In this document: positions 44,941-54,599 of the stretch, piece after piece
Position numbering within the stretch: position 1 is the stretch's first letter
Layout: the number at the start of each line of letters is the position of its first letter
NCBI GenBank assembly: GCA_021849125.1
Contig: JAJZTG010000001.1
Location: forward strand, 18,392 to 82,391
Reading direction: 5' to 3'
Source: a bacterium
GTDB lineage: Bacteria > Patescibacteriota > Minisyncoccia > Phycocordibacterales > Phycocordibacteraceae
DNA: 64,000 nt
Translations under genes and position numbers: made by a program
The notes under the pieces: generated by a model
What the model saw: the letters and a program-made list of their open reading frames with translations, nothing else
Told to the model about the DNA's origin: nothing
Database searches by the model: none

Positions 44941-46857
44941 TTATGCCACACTCTCCTTATGCTGATTAAGTGGAAGAGCCAGATAGAAGGTCGTTCCCTT
45001 CCCTTCTTCTGATTCGAACCAGACAGAACCCTTCATGAGCGCAGTCATCTTATTCACGATGTAAAGGCCGAGACCGTTACCGTCTGGATCAGCCGTTTTT
45101 GCATTATCGGCACGGAAGAAACGGGTAAATATCTTTTCTTGATCCTTTTGAGGAATGCCGATGCCCGAGTCTTGCACGGTAATCACCATCGACTCTTCGG
45201 ATACCTCCCTCCCTCCTACCGAGCTCCCCGCCGCCGCATGGGCGCAGGAAATATGTACACTGCCTTTCTCTGGTGTGTACTTGATCGCGTTAGAAATAAG
45301 GTTTTGCAGAATGATCTTTGCGATATCCGGATCGATGCTGAATGGCGATAGTCCGCTGCAGCTTTCCGAGACGTCGATCTGCTTATTCCGTATGCTTACC
45401 GCGAACTCCTCAAGCGTCTCCTGTCCGAGCTTTGCGAGATCCATCTTCACCGGATGCACCTTCATATCGCCAGTCTCAAGCCGGAGCACGTACAGGAAGG
45501 ACTTCAAGATATCGTTCATCTGCCTGGCGGCGGCATAGAGCTTCTCCACATAATCCTCCTGCTTCTTGCTCAGAGCGCCCGCGTCCCCTTCAAGAAGCAT
45601 CTCCAGATACCAGCTCATCGTCGTGATCGGCGTGCGCAACTGATGCGATGCGAGCGAGATGAATTCGCTTTTCGCTTGGTCGACCTCCTTGAGCTTGGTG
45701 ATGTCCTGTTCGACGCCGAGGAAGTACGCAACCTCTCCGTCAGGTCCTAAGATCGGCGAGATGTGAAGCTCGGCATCATACCGCCCTCCATCTTTCCGAC
45801 GATTGACAATCTGTCCCTCAAAGACCCGCTTCGCATGGATCGTAGCCCACATCTTCTGATAGAAGTCCTCGGACATCTGCCCGCCCCAGAGAGCCGGCGT
45901 CTTGCCGATGATTTCCTCCCGCGGGAAGCCGGTAAAGTGCTCCGCATTCTTATTCACGAAAATGATCTTTCCTGCCGGGTCGGTAAGCATGATGAGATCG
46001 GAAGCTGAGTCCACTGCCATCTTGAATTTCTTGAGTTCCTCGGCGCTTTTACGGAGAGCCTCTTCCGCTTTGACTTTCTGGGTGACATCCTCGACCGTAG
46101 ACATAGCGCCGATAACCATGCCGTCCTTATCCCGAAGCGGCGTATTGGTCCAGTCGCAAAGGATCGTCCGCCCGTCCTTGGTGATATTTTCGTTCAGACT
46201 GTTTGCCGTCGACTCGTCCCCTTGCAGGAGCTTGTGCCAGACGATTTCGACTTGGGGCTGCACTGCCGTAGGAACGATCGTGCCGTAGGGGTGCTTCCCT
46301 TTCATCTCCCCGAAAGAGAAGCCGAATATCTTTTCCGCTGCCGCGTTCCAGGTTACGACCTTGAAATCCTTGTCCCATACGACATGCCCGATGGGCAGAC
46401 GGGAAATCTCGAGTTCCAGCCGCTCTTCGCTCCGGCGCACAGCCTCTTCGCTTTCCTTGCGTTCGGTCACATCTCGGAAGGTACCAAGAAGATACTGCTT
46501 CCCCCCGAGTACGATCAGGGATGAATTGATATCCGCGTAAAATATGCGCCCGTCTTTTCGGAGTACCGGGATATCCCTCGCTATGCGTATCTCCCTACGC
46601 GCCTGCTTCTCGAACTCTTCAAGGACATGCGGCAAGGCGTCGGACGGATGGATGTCCGTCACGCCCATGCTACGAAGCTCCGCTTCACTATAGCCGAGCA
46701 TCTGAGAGAAAGCCTCGTTGACTGCGAGGAATCTCTTCGTCTCTACGTCCGCAAACGCAAGCCCGTCAAGCAAGCTGTCAAAGAGCAGTTTGAACTCCTT
46801 GTCTTCGGTGAAGCTCCCTTCGGGAAGACCCTGCTTTCGTCTGAAGGAGAACGTCAT
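44941..46857 (-). CDS. Cytoplasmic sensor histidine kinase with three PAS domains
   Basis: Three PAS/PAC repeats, H-box ASHQLRTP, N-box NLISNAIKYT, DSGIGI, GNGLGL. Confidence 0.95.
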   Translation of the reverse strand: MTFSFRRKQGLPEGSFTEDKEFKLLFDSLLDGLAFADVETKRFLAVNEAFSQMLGYSEAELRSMGVTDIHPSDALPHVLEEFEKQARREIRIARDIPVLRKDGRIFYADINSSLIVLGGKQYLLGTFRDVTERKESEEAVRRSEERLELEISRLPIGHVVWDKDFKVVTWNAAAEKIFGFSFGEMKGKHPYGTIVPTAVQPQVEIVWHKLLQGDESTANSLNENITKDGRTILCDWTNTPLRDKDGMVIGAMSTVEDVTQKVKAEEALRKSAEELKKFKMAVDSASDLIMLTDPAGKIIFVNKNAEHFTGFPREEIIGKTPALWGGQMSEDFYQKMWATIHAKRVFEGQIVNRRKDGGRYDAELHISPILGPDGEVAYFLGVEQDITKLKEVDQAKSEFISLASHQLRTPITTMSWYLEMLLEGDAGALSKKQEDYVEKLYAAARQMNDILKSFLYVLRLETGDMKVHPVKMDLAKLGQETLEEFAVSIRNKQIDVSESCSGLSPFSIDPDIAKIILQNLISNAIKYTPEKGSVHISCAHAAAGSSVGGREVSEESMVITVQDSGIGIPQKDQEKIFTRFFRADNAKTADPDGNGLGLYIVNKMTALMKGSVWFESEEGKGTTFYLALPLNQHKESVA

Positions 46858-46866
46858 ATACGGCGG

Positions 46867-47238
46867 TTATTTCGACCGGATGAGCGCTTCTTTGATCTTC
46901 TCGATGATCTCGTTGATAGGATGCTCCGCCTTGACGTAGTAGTCCGTAGCGCCGAGCTCCATCGCGTGCTTGATATCGCTCTCCTCGCCGAGGTTCGACA
47001 CGACGACGACCGGCACAAGCTTGAGCTCTTCATCGGCTTTCAAGGTTTTCAGGACCTCGAAGCCGCTCTTCTTCGGCAGTAAGAGGTCGAGGACGATGAC
47101 ATCGGGCACGAGTTCGCGTGCCGCAACGATAGCACGCTCGCCATCGGAAGCGATGACGACATCGTCACCTGTCCGTTCGAGCTTTTCTTGGATAACCTTC
47201 GCGAGCACCTCCTCATCTTCTACGATCAATATCTTCAT
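46867..47238 (-). CDS. Single-domain response regulator
   Basis: KILIVEDE, VLDLLLPKKSG, GATDYYVK. Confidence 0.95.
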   Translation of the reverse strand: MKILIVEDEEVLAKVIQEKLERTGDDVVIASDGERAIVAARELVPDVIVLDLLLPKKSGFEVLKTLKADEELKLVPVVVVSNLGEESDIKHAMELGATDYYVKAEHPINEIIEKIKEALIRSK

Positions 47239-47272
47239 ATGTGATTACTATTACCAGCTAACGATCTCGGAG

Positions 47273-48733
47273 TCATTCGATCTCTTCGATATTCTCCACT
47301 GCGTACTTCCCGAACTTCTCCGCGGTTCCTCTGATATGCAGCAAGAGCGACTTTACCTCTTCCAGGTCTTTCTTATGAAGCGTATCTTCCTCGCATTTCT
47401 CAAGGATAGTGGTTATATCCTTCTGTACCAAGCCGGAGACTGCCGTGATGTCTCGCGCAGCGATCACGACCTGGCGGCGGCGGCGCTTGATGCCGAGCCG
47501 GTCGAGATAACGACCGAAAAGGATACCGCCTGCGAGCGCCACGACGAGCACCATGAAGAGCCAGAACTGCGTCACGCGGAAACCTCCGATGACCAGCACA
47601 GGCGGCGCGAGGATCTCAATCGACAGGCGTGCCTCCGTCGTATTCCCGGCATTATCTACTGCCTGGACAAGAACCTTTTTCGTCCCAAAAGTCTGCTGAG
47701 GGAGCACGTAGTGGTGCTCAACTGCAGTGCTTGTCGTCGCCAGTTCCCCATCAACAAAGATCTTGAAAAGAGCGATGCCTGAAGGTTGATCTTTCGCGGA
47801 GAAAGTAATAGCAGGTGCCACGTCTTCGGTTTTAAGCCCGTCCAAGGATTCGACGAGAAGATTGATGGGTGGTGCCGTATCAATACCGATACGATAATGC
47901 GCGGCCGTACCCCACCCGAGCGCATTCCTAAAGCGCACATGCAAATACCAGATACCGTCATCGAGCGGTGCAAAGGTCTGATTGTCGAAGAGACCCTCCG
48001 ACTCGGTCGGGTTAAAGCTCGGCTGCCGGTTGACCGCCGTGGCGACAGCCGTCACGTCATTTGGCAGATCCCACTGCGCGAGAAATTTCGAGTTATGCGC
48101 GTACCATCCGGTTGGATCCGGATAGAGAGGCACTGACACTTTCGGCTTGGCCGGCAGCGCCCCGCTCGGGACCGCTGGACGCACAATTTGCGGCGGTTTG
48201 ATGAGGGCGGCGTCTTGCTTCGTGATGCTCGTGAGCTCAAGACCGTTCATCGCGGAAAGCACGTTGGTACCGCTTCCGTCGCTTGCCGTGACTGCTCCGT
48301 CAGAAAAGACCAGCCGGACGGCTCCAGCCCCCTTCACCTTGAAGGCGATGCGTAGGATTTCGAGATCCTGCCCGGAAACGCCGTTTTGAGCACCTCCGAT
48401 GAAGCTCACTTTCCCGGTATCGTTCGAATATTCCGGCCCTTGGAGCCAGAAACTGAAGACGGACGTACTCCTGTCGAGACTCGTGACCTGAAGGATATCT
48501 CTCGGGTACGAAAGGGTCGCTTGCGCCGCATTCACGCCCACGTCTGCGCTTCTGAGCTTGATGTCGACCGTGAACGTATCCCCGATGACGAACGTCTCCT
48601 TGCTCGTCGAGAGGTCGAGCGTTGCCGCGTGCGCCATCATCGGAAGCGCGAGCGAGAGGGCTGCGATCCCGATTCCGGAAAGCAGTGCCCGATACTTGAT
48701 GAGCGAGGTCTGGAAGAAAGGGTGCGTGTTCAT
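47273..48733 (-). CDS. Secreted cohesin-domain protein with Ig-like domains and a C-terminal TM helix
   Basis: Signal peptide; GDTFTVDI...NAAQATLSYP..IL...FSFW...SDGSGTNV cohesin-like region; DGIWYLHVR; DTAPP; TM near the C-terminus. Confidence 0.75.
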   Translation of the reverse strand: MNTHPFFQTSLIKYRALLSGIGIAALSLALPMMAHAATLDLSTSKETFVIGDTFTVDIKLRSADVGVNAAQATLSYPRDILQVTSLDRSTSVFSFWLQGPEYSNDTGKVSFIGGAQNGVSGQDLEILRIAFKVKGAGAVRLVFSDGAVTASDGSGTNVLSAMNGLELTSITKQDAALIKPPQIVRPAVPSGALPAKPKVSVPLYPDPTGWYAHNSKFLAQWDLPNDVTAVATAVNRQPSFNPTESEGLFDNQTFAPLDDGIWYLHVRFRNALGWGTAAHYRIGIDTAPPINLLVESLDGLKTEDVAPAITFSAKDQPSGIALFKIFVDGELATTSTAVEHHYVLPQQTFGTKKVLVQAVDNAGNTTEARLSIEILAPPVLVIGGFRVTQFWLFMVLVVALAGGILFGRYLDRLGIKRRRRQVVIAARDITAVSGLVQKDITTILEKCEEDTLHKKDLEEVKSLLLHIRGTAEKFGKYAVENIEEIE

Positions 48734-48742
48734 GCGAATCGA

Positions 48743-51700
48743 TTATTTCTTAAGCGTACGGACAAAGATGCTCAGATCAGTGACATCGAGCACGCCATCG
48801 CCGTTCAAGTCATCGAGCATGCGGGTTGCAGCGACTGAAGACGACCAGCGCGCGAGGAATACGCTCCAATCCTGGACATTGATCACACCATCCTGATTGA
48901 AATCGGTCTGCGGCGTAAAGAGTGTTGAGACTTCGAATACTTTCTGCGGAGAGTAGTCGCTTGTTGCACCCGCGGTAACCTGAAGAACACGTACCGTATG
49001 GCTGCCAAGCGAAAGATCAGCAGTCGGGAACAAGAGCTTGTAAGAACCATCCTTTGCCGCTACTGCTTTCCCAGCAAGCGTCACGCCGTCTACCTGCGCT
49101 TCGACGGAAGCGCCGGGAGTCGCCATGCCGACGAACCCGACAAAATCACCTTTGCGGACAACCGGACTCACGAGGCCTAATGTCGGTGACAAGAGCGTGG
49201 CACTCAAGGTCAAAAGCGCGTTTGGGTTTGCGTAGTTTACGGAAAAGACTTTCGTCTGCGTGACTCTACCGAGCGAATCCACACCGACGATACCGTACGC
49301 ACTCGCACCAGTCGCGATATTGCTTAAGGTCGTCGAGAAAGCGCCTCCGGATGAAGCGACGATTTCAGCTTGACGTGCCGACTCTTGCGGCGTTACGGCG
49401 AGCATCTGCACTCGAGCGCCCGGGAAAGCTTGTCCTGAGATACGAGTACCTGCGATCGGCTTTACGGCACCAAGGCCCGCACCACCGCCGATCGGCGCAA
49501 CCGGCGTCGCTGAGAAGAGGAGCGATCCAGTCGACGAGACATCGAGGCCGGTACCCTCGCTATCAGTGAGCGAAAGGGTCACCGTCTCGGCAACCATGTC
49601 GTTCAGGGTAAGCGTTCCGACGCCGTTCACGATATTCACGAGACCGGCACCCGTTGCCGAACCGGTCACGTGCAGCGTCACGTCGTTCTCGTACGTCGTA
49701 TCGATGTTGCCCGCATCATCGGTGGCTTCGACGGTTACGGTTGCCGGCGTACCGATCTGTACCGGCCCTGCCGGCAGGATGACGAAACGTGTCGCAACGA
49801 TCGGAAGCGGACTCACGGTCACCTCATCTGTCGCGTCGACGATACCGACCGCACCGTTAGGGCCGGATGACGAATCAGAAGCCGTGACCGTCCAGGTGCC
49901 GGCTTTCTCGTCGTAATACCAGAAGTTCGTGGTCGATTGGCCATCATTTACTGTGGCAACGGTTATGGGAATGCCGCCCATCGCGGCATCGTAGAATTTT
50001 GCGGCGCTGCCGGTCGAAGAAGTGTAAAGGTACGCGAGCGTGACACCGGAGGTTACGAGATTGCCGTACTCATCCTTGCGCGCGAGGGTGTACCCGAGAC
50101 GCGTACCCGCCGTCATATCGCCAGGGTCGTTCAAAGTGAACGCGCTCACCGCAGCAGGCGTCACCGTGAGAGCATCGCTCGCGTCGGCGATACCAGCGGC
50201 CCCATCCGGCGCCGATGCATTATCGGAAGCCGTGATGTACCAATCCCCCGCTTTCTCGTCATAGGCCCAGAAAGTTCCCGAGGAGTCTCCATCAGCGATA
50301 GTGAGCGACGTGATAGCGCTACCGCCGCTTGCGGCGTCATAGAACTTCTTATGTGTGCCATCGGACGTGCTGTAAAGATACGCGGTCGTCGCGCCTGCGG
50401 TCACCAAATTGCCGTACTGATCCTTGCGCGTGAGAGTGTACCCGATGCGAAGTCCAGCGGCCGTGTCTCCCGGATTATCAAGCGTAAACTGAGCAACGGC
50501 GCCAGGCGCAAAAGCTACAGATCGCGTCGACGAGACGTTGAGTCCAGTACCTTCGGTATCGGAAAGCCCGAGATGGACCGTCTCTGCTGCCGTATCAGAA
50601 ATCGCAAGAGTGCCGACACCGTTTACGATATTCACGAGACCCGCTCCTGTCGCCGAGCCATCTGCGGTAAGCGTGACGTCTTGCGTATAACTCGTATCGA
50701 TATTCCCGCTACCATCCTGAGCTTCAACCGTTACCGTAACCGGTGCATCGACCGTACCATCGCTAGGCGGCAGAATAACGAAACGCGTCGCAACGATAGG
50801 CGCTGGATTTACGACGACCGAGTCTTCACCGTCAGCGATACCGACGATGCCATCCGGTGCGGAGGCGTTATCGGAAGCCGTGATCGTCCAGGTGCCGGCT
50901 TTCTCGTCGTAGTACCAGATATTCGCTGTCGCATTGCCAGCGACGATGGTGACAGAGGTCACGGGAGAACCCCCCGAAGATGCGAGATAGAATGCATGCG
51001 TCCCGCTCGACGAGCTGTAGAGATATGCGGTCGTTGCTCCCGAGGTTGCCAGGTTGCCGTACTGGTCCTTACGTGTAACCGTGTAGCCGAGACGGGTTCC
51101 GGCTGTCATGTTTCCAGGATCATTGAGGGTGAAGCCCGCGACTGCGGCAGGAGTCACGGTAAGCGAGTCGACCGCATCATTGAGACCCACGTTACCATCG
51201 GGCGCGGAGGCGTTATCGGAAGCCGTAATCGTCCAGGTACCGGCTTTCTCGTCGTAGTACCAGACAGTAACGGAGGATGCTCCGTTTGGGATCGTGATCG
51301 AGGTAATGTTGTTGCCTCCCGTCGCTGCATCATAGAATCTCTTATTCGTGCCTGTGGAGGAACTGTAGAGATAGACGATGTCCGTACCCGACGTGCGTGG
51401 ATTGCCATACTGATCGCTTCGCGTGACGGTGTAGGCCGCACGTTCACCTGCGGTGGCTGATGTCACGTCACTAATGGTGTACTGAGCGGTAACGCCTGAA
51501 CCGAACGTAAGCGGCTGTGTCGACGAGACATTGAGTCCAGTACCTTCGGTATCAGCCAAGGAGAGTGTAATTGTTTCTGCAACGGTATCTGAGATCGCGA
51601 TCGTGCCGACGCCATTGACCATCATGACCAGACCGCTGCCAGTAGCGGAACCCGTCGTATGCACCGTCACACCCTGTTGGTAATTCGTGTCGATACTGTC

Positions 51701-52666
51701 GTCTGCCTTTTCCGCTTTCACCGTCACCGTTACCGGCGCGTCGACCGTTCCGCTTCCAGGCGGTTCGATGACGAACTTCACCGCTTCAGGATTCACCGTG
51801 AAAGTGTTCGATACGCCCGCTTTCGTCCCGCCATGATCGACTGCCGTGATTGTCTTATTCGTACCTGCGCGCGAGACGGTCACCGACTCCGTACGAACGC
51901 CTCCGGCAAATGTCCCTGAGATAGCGGGAAGAATGGTGCCTGCATTGGTCGAGAGGTCGACGGTACCCGTATAGGACGTAATCGTGTTCTCATGCGCGTC
52001 CTTTGCGGTCATCGTTATCGAGAACGGGATAGCCGTCGTCTGCTGTCCGATAGCCGCGAAGGTAAAGTGATCAAACGCGCCGACAACTTCAGTGAGCGTA
52101 CCAAAATTCGTAACCCCATCGGTTACGCCTGAGATGACTGATGTACCGCTCTTGGTGATGTTGCCTGAAGCGAGTGGCGAACCCGCGGTCGGGCGCACGC
52201 GGACATTTTGCCAGGTGAGCGAATTCCGGACGCCGTTACTTGTTGAGGCAGTGACGGTGATGGTGAGCGTCGTGCTCGTTACACCCACCGCTATGGTCGA
52301 GCCGCTTGGGAGATCGTTGATGTTGCGGTTGTTATTGCCGCCACCGCCCGTGCGCGTCACAAGCACAGTCGGCGCGGTGCCACCCGTGTCGAACTGGAAT
52401 CCAGACGGGACATTCAAGATGATCGTGCCTGTGCCGATATCCCCGGTCGCTGCTTCCTCGATCACGGGACCGGTAAGGCTCGTATACGTGCCCCCTGTCG
52501 TGTCCGCAGAAATAGAACTGCCGCCCGTTGCGGAGGTAACTGTTACGGCTGCAAGTACGGTGGACGCACCGCTAAAAAACAGAAGTCCGACTAGAAGCGT
52601 CGAGAAAATAAACCGCACATGTTTTTGAGTGACAAATAGAGCATTGAGTTTCGAGGTAATGAGCAT
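48743..52666 (-). CDS. Large repetitive surface protein with a C-terminal dockerin-like double EF-hand
   Basis: Signal peptide; T/S/G/A-rich repeats; C-terminal DFNQDGVINVQDWS and DLNGDGVLDVTDLS. Confidence 0.85.
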   Translation of the reverse strand: MLITSKLNALFVTQKHVRFIFSTLLVGLLFFSGASTVLAAVTVTSATGGSSISADTTGGTYTSLTGPVIEEAATGDIGTGTIILNVPSGFQFDTGGTAPTVLVTRTGGGGNNNRNINDLPSGSTIAVGVTSTTLTITVTASTSNGVRNSLTWQNVRVRPTAGSPLASGNITKSGTSVISGVTDGVTNFGTLTEVVGAFDHFTFAAIGQQTTAIPFSITMTAKDAHENTITSYTGTVDLSTNAGTILPAISGTFAGGVRTESVTVSRAGTNKTITAVDHGGTKAGVSNTFTVNPEAVKFVIEPPGSGTVDAPVTVTVKAEKADDSIDTNYQQGVTVHTTGSATGSGLVMMVNGVGTIAISDTVAETITLSLADTEGTGLNVSSTQPLTFGSGVTAQYTISDVTSATAGERAAYTVTRSDQYGNPRTSGTDIVYLYSSSTGTNKRFYDAATGGNNITSITIPNGASSVTVWYYDEKAGTWTITASDNASAPDGNVGLNDAVDSLTVTPAAVAGFTLNDPGNMTAGTRLGYTVTRKDQYGNLATSGATTAYLYSSSSGTHAFYLASSGGSPVTSVTIVAGNATANIWYYDEKAGTWTITASDNASAPDGIVGIADGEDSVVVNPAPIVATRFVILPPSDGTVDAPVTVTVEAQDGSGNIDTSYTQDVTLTADGSATGAGLVNIVNGVGTLAISDTAAETVHLGLSDTEGTGLNVSSTRSVAFAPGAVAQFTLDNPGDTAAGLRIGYTLTRKDQYGNLVTAGATTAYLYSTSDGTHKKFYDAASGGSAITSLTIADGDSSGTFWAYDEKAGDWYITASDNASAPDGAAGIADASDALTVTPAAVSAFTLNDPGDMTAGTRLGYTLARKDEYGNLVTSGVTLAYLYTSSTGSAAKFYDAAMGGIPITVATVNDGQSTTNFWYYDEKAGTWTVTASDSSSGPNGAVGIVDATDEVTVSPLPIVATRFVILPAGPVQIGTPATVTVEATDDAGNIDTTYENDVTLHVTGSATGAGLVNIVNGVGTLTLNDMVAETVTLSLTDSEGTGLDVSSTGSLLFSATPVAPIGGGAGLGAVKPIAGTRISGQAFPGARVQMLAVTPQESARQAEIVASSGGAFSTTLSNIATGASAYGIVGVDSLGRVTQTKVFSVNYANPNALLTLSATLLSPTLGLVSPVVRKGDFVGFVGMATPGASVEAQVDGVTLAGKAVAAKDGSYKLLFPTADLSLGSHTVRVLQVTAGATSDYSPQKVFEVSTLFTPQTDFNQDGVINVQDWSVFLARWSSSVAATRMLDDLNGDGVLDVTDLSIFVRTLKK

Positions 52667-52991
52667 TGCTCTAATGATAGAGCACAAAAAGATTATCTCG
52701 TGGCATATTTATGATTTCGTGTGGATAGAAGCTCCATATAAACCAAAGATCTATTCATGTATACAGGCTCGCATGATACACGATTGGCTCCCGGTTCTAT
52801 ATCGAAGACTAAATCCGTAATCATCTTCTTCATCGATTTTTTTATTAAAGATCCCTATCTAGGGATTCTTTTGTCCTAACGACTTCCATTGAAGCTATCT
52901 TGGATATCCGAGACGAGATATTCAGTATTTATATAAGAGCAATAGGAAACCTTATTTTCTAATTTATCTATGTTCGCTTAAACAAGACAGA

Positions 52992-53040
52992 CGAAAACCG
53001 CCCTAGAAGGGGCGGTTCCGCATTTGTGACCTCACGGGGA
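52992..53040 (-). repeat. 49-bp direct repeat of the tRNA-Glu 3' end plus its terminator (other copy at 53176-53224)
   Basis: tccccgtgaggtcacaaatgcggaaccgccccttctagggcggttttcg occurs twice on the minus strand. Confidence 0.95.
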
Positions 53041-53170
53041 CCGCGAGTACGCTTATCGATCCTTACAGGATCAGTGCACCTTGCGGATTTTCTGTTCGCT
53101 ATGCTTCAGAAAATGCTCGCAAGGCCTTCGATTCCCCGACGCAGTGTCTCCGAGACACTGCTTGAGGTCA
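53027..53170 (-). ncRNA. tRNA-associated structured element (copy 2) with an antisense segment matching tRNA-Glu
   Basis: TGACCTCA[AGCAGTGTCTCGGAGACACTGCGT]CGGGGAATCGAA is the reverse complement of the tRNA-Glu 3' 20 nt, split by a hairpin; the scaffold is homologous to copy 1. Confidence 0.8.
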
Positions 53171-53210
53171 AAACGCGAAAACCGCCCTAGAAGGGGCGGT
53201 TCCGCATTTG

Positions 53211-53282
53211 TGACCTCACGGGGAATCGAACCCCGGTTTGATCCGTGAGAGGGATCTGTCCTAGCCGCTAGACGATGAGGCC
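53211..53282 (-). tRNA. tRNA-Glu (CTC)
   Basis: Acceptor GGCCTCA/TGAGGTC+A; anticodon arm GATCC-CTCTCAC-GGATC; T-arm CGGGG-TTCGATT-CCCCG; no encoded CCA. Confidence 0.96.
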
Positions 53283-53318
53283 GTACTTGAGAATGTTACC
53301 AGATATCGTCAAGAAATG

Positions 53319-54599
53319 CTACGCGATGGCGCGCCATCGTTTCTCCTGGCGGACGAGAAGCCTCACATCGGAAGGGTCGGCCAGAAGCGCTTCGGTGACG
53401 CGTTCGGTACGGACTGATTGCGACCCTTTGATGAGGAAGACATCTCCTTCTCGAACATCATACAGAAGCGCTTCGGCGGCCTGCTTGGCATTGTCGAAGG
53501 CAACAACTGTCCCGACTTCCCTATTCTCGCCAAGGAATGCGCGAGCTCGGATACCGACGGCGATCACGATGTCGGCGGCCTTTCGTGCGAGTGCGCCTAC
53601 GCGCGCATGTTCCTCGACCGAATACCGGCCGAGTTCGAGCATGTCACCCAATACCGCGATGCGACGTTTTGCACCAGGAAACGCTGCGAGGGTCGTAAGC
53701 GCCTGCTCGACCGCGACTGGTGAAGAATTGTAGGAATCATCGATGATGATCGAGCCGTTCTTGCCGCGCAGGAGCCGACCCCGCCCTGCCGGAGGTTCAT
53801 AGGCTTCAAGCGCCTGCAGAGCGTCAGCAGGAGGGATGCCGAAAGCGGTTCCGACAGCGACCGCAGCAGCAGCCGGAAATACCTGCGTCGCTCCAACCGA
53901 TCCGCGCACTGAGAGTTCGTACGATGCATCTTCGATAATAAGCGACGCGCGCATGCCGTCGATACGACCTTCTGACGAACGAATGAAGTCAGGCTCGCCG
54001 ACAGCCACATCAGACTCTTTTGCTCCCCCGTACGTGATGAGGCGAGCAGGCACCCGTTTTGCTGCATCGAGAGCATAAGGATCGTCAGAGGAGACGACGA
54101 GCGGCGCGCCCGGCTCAAGATAGAGCGCGGGAGAGAATTCTTCCGCGCGCACTTCTTCGGGACACGCATAGGCCTCGACATGTACCGGAATCTCCGGGAG
54201 ACGCGTTACGACCACAGCTTCCGGTGTCACCGTACGCAACATCCGTGCCAGATCGCCCGGGCGATCGGCACCCACCTCGAGTACGAGCATGGTCGGATAG
54301 TGGTTTGGGAGAATAAGGAGCGCGAGCGCACGCTTCACGATCGAAAACCACGCAAGAGGATTGGTCCATGGATTTGCTACGCCGAGAATAGTGAAAGGGA
54401 TTCCAAACTCGCTGTTGAAGCTCTTCTCGCTCTTGCGAACAAGGAAGCGCGTAGAAAGCACTGCGGCTACAGCATCCTTGGTCGATGTCTTCCCTACCGA
54501 ACCGGTAATCATGACGATCTTTGGACGATAGCGACGCAGGACACCTCGAGAAAGAAGGGCGAGAGCGGGGACGACAAAAAATCGTAAGAGCTTTTTCAT
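53319..54599 (-). CDS. murF: UDP-MurNAc-tripeptide--D-Ala-D-Ala ligase
   Basis: ITGSVGKTSTK, SFNSEFG, IDDSYNSSP, LGDMLELG, IKGSQ. Confidence 0.9.
   Translation of the reverse strand: MKKLLRFFVVPALALLSRGVLRRYRPKIVMITGSVGKTSTKDAVAAVLSTRFLVRKSEKSFNSEFGIPFTILGVANPWTNPLAWFSIVKRALALLILPNHYPTMLVLEVGADRPGDLARMLRTVTPEAVVVTRLPEIPVHVEAYACPEEVRAEEFSPALYLEPGAPLVVSSDDPYALDAAKRVPARLITYGGAKESDVAVGEPDFIRSSEGRIDGMRASLIIEDASYELSVRGSVGATQVFPAAAAVAVGTAFGIPPADALQALEAYEPPAGRGRLLRGKNGSIIIDDSYNSSPVAVEQALTTLAAFPGAKRRIAVLGDMLELGRYSVEEHARVGALARKAADIVIAVGIRARAFLGENREVGTVVAFDNAKQAAEALLYDVREGDVFLIKGSQSVRTERVTEALLADPSDVRLLVRQEKRWRAIA

Noticed and set aside
49937-51460. 507-aa plus-strand ORF
   Set aside because: Antisense shadow of the repetitive surface protein.
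44941-52990. Classical integrase-driven island or prophage at tRNA-Glu
   Set aside because: No integrase or phage genes, and I saw no third tRNA 3' copy at the far boundary.
52992-53224. CRISPR array
   Set aside because: Only two repeats, derived from tRNA and terminator sequence; no cas genes.
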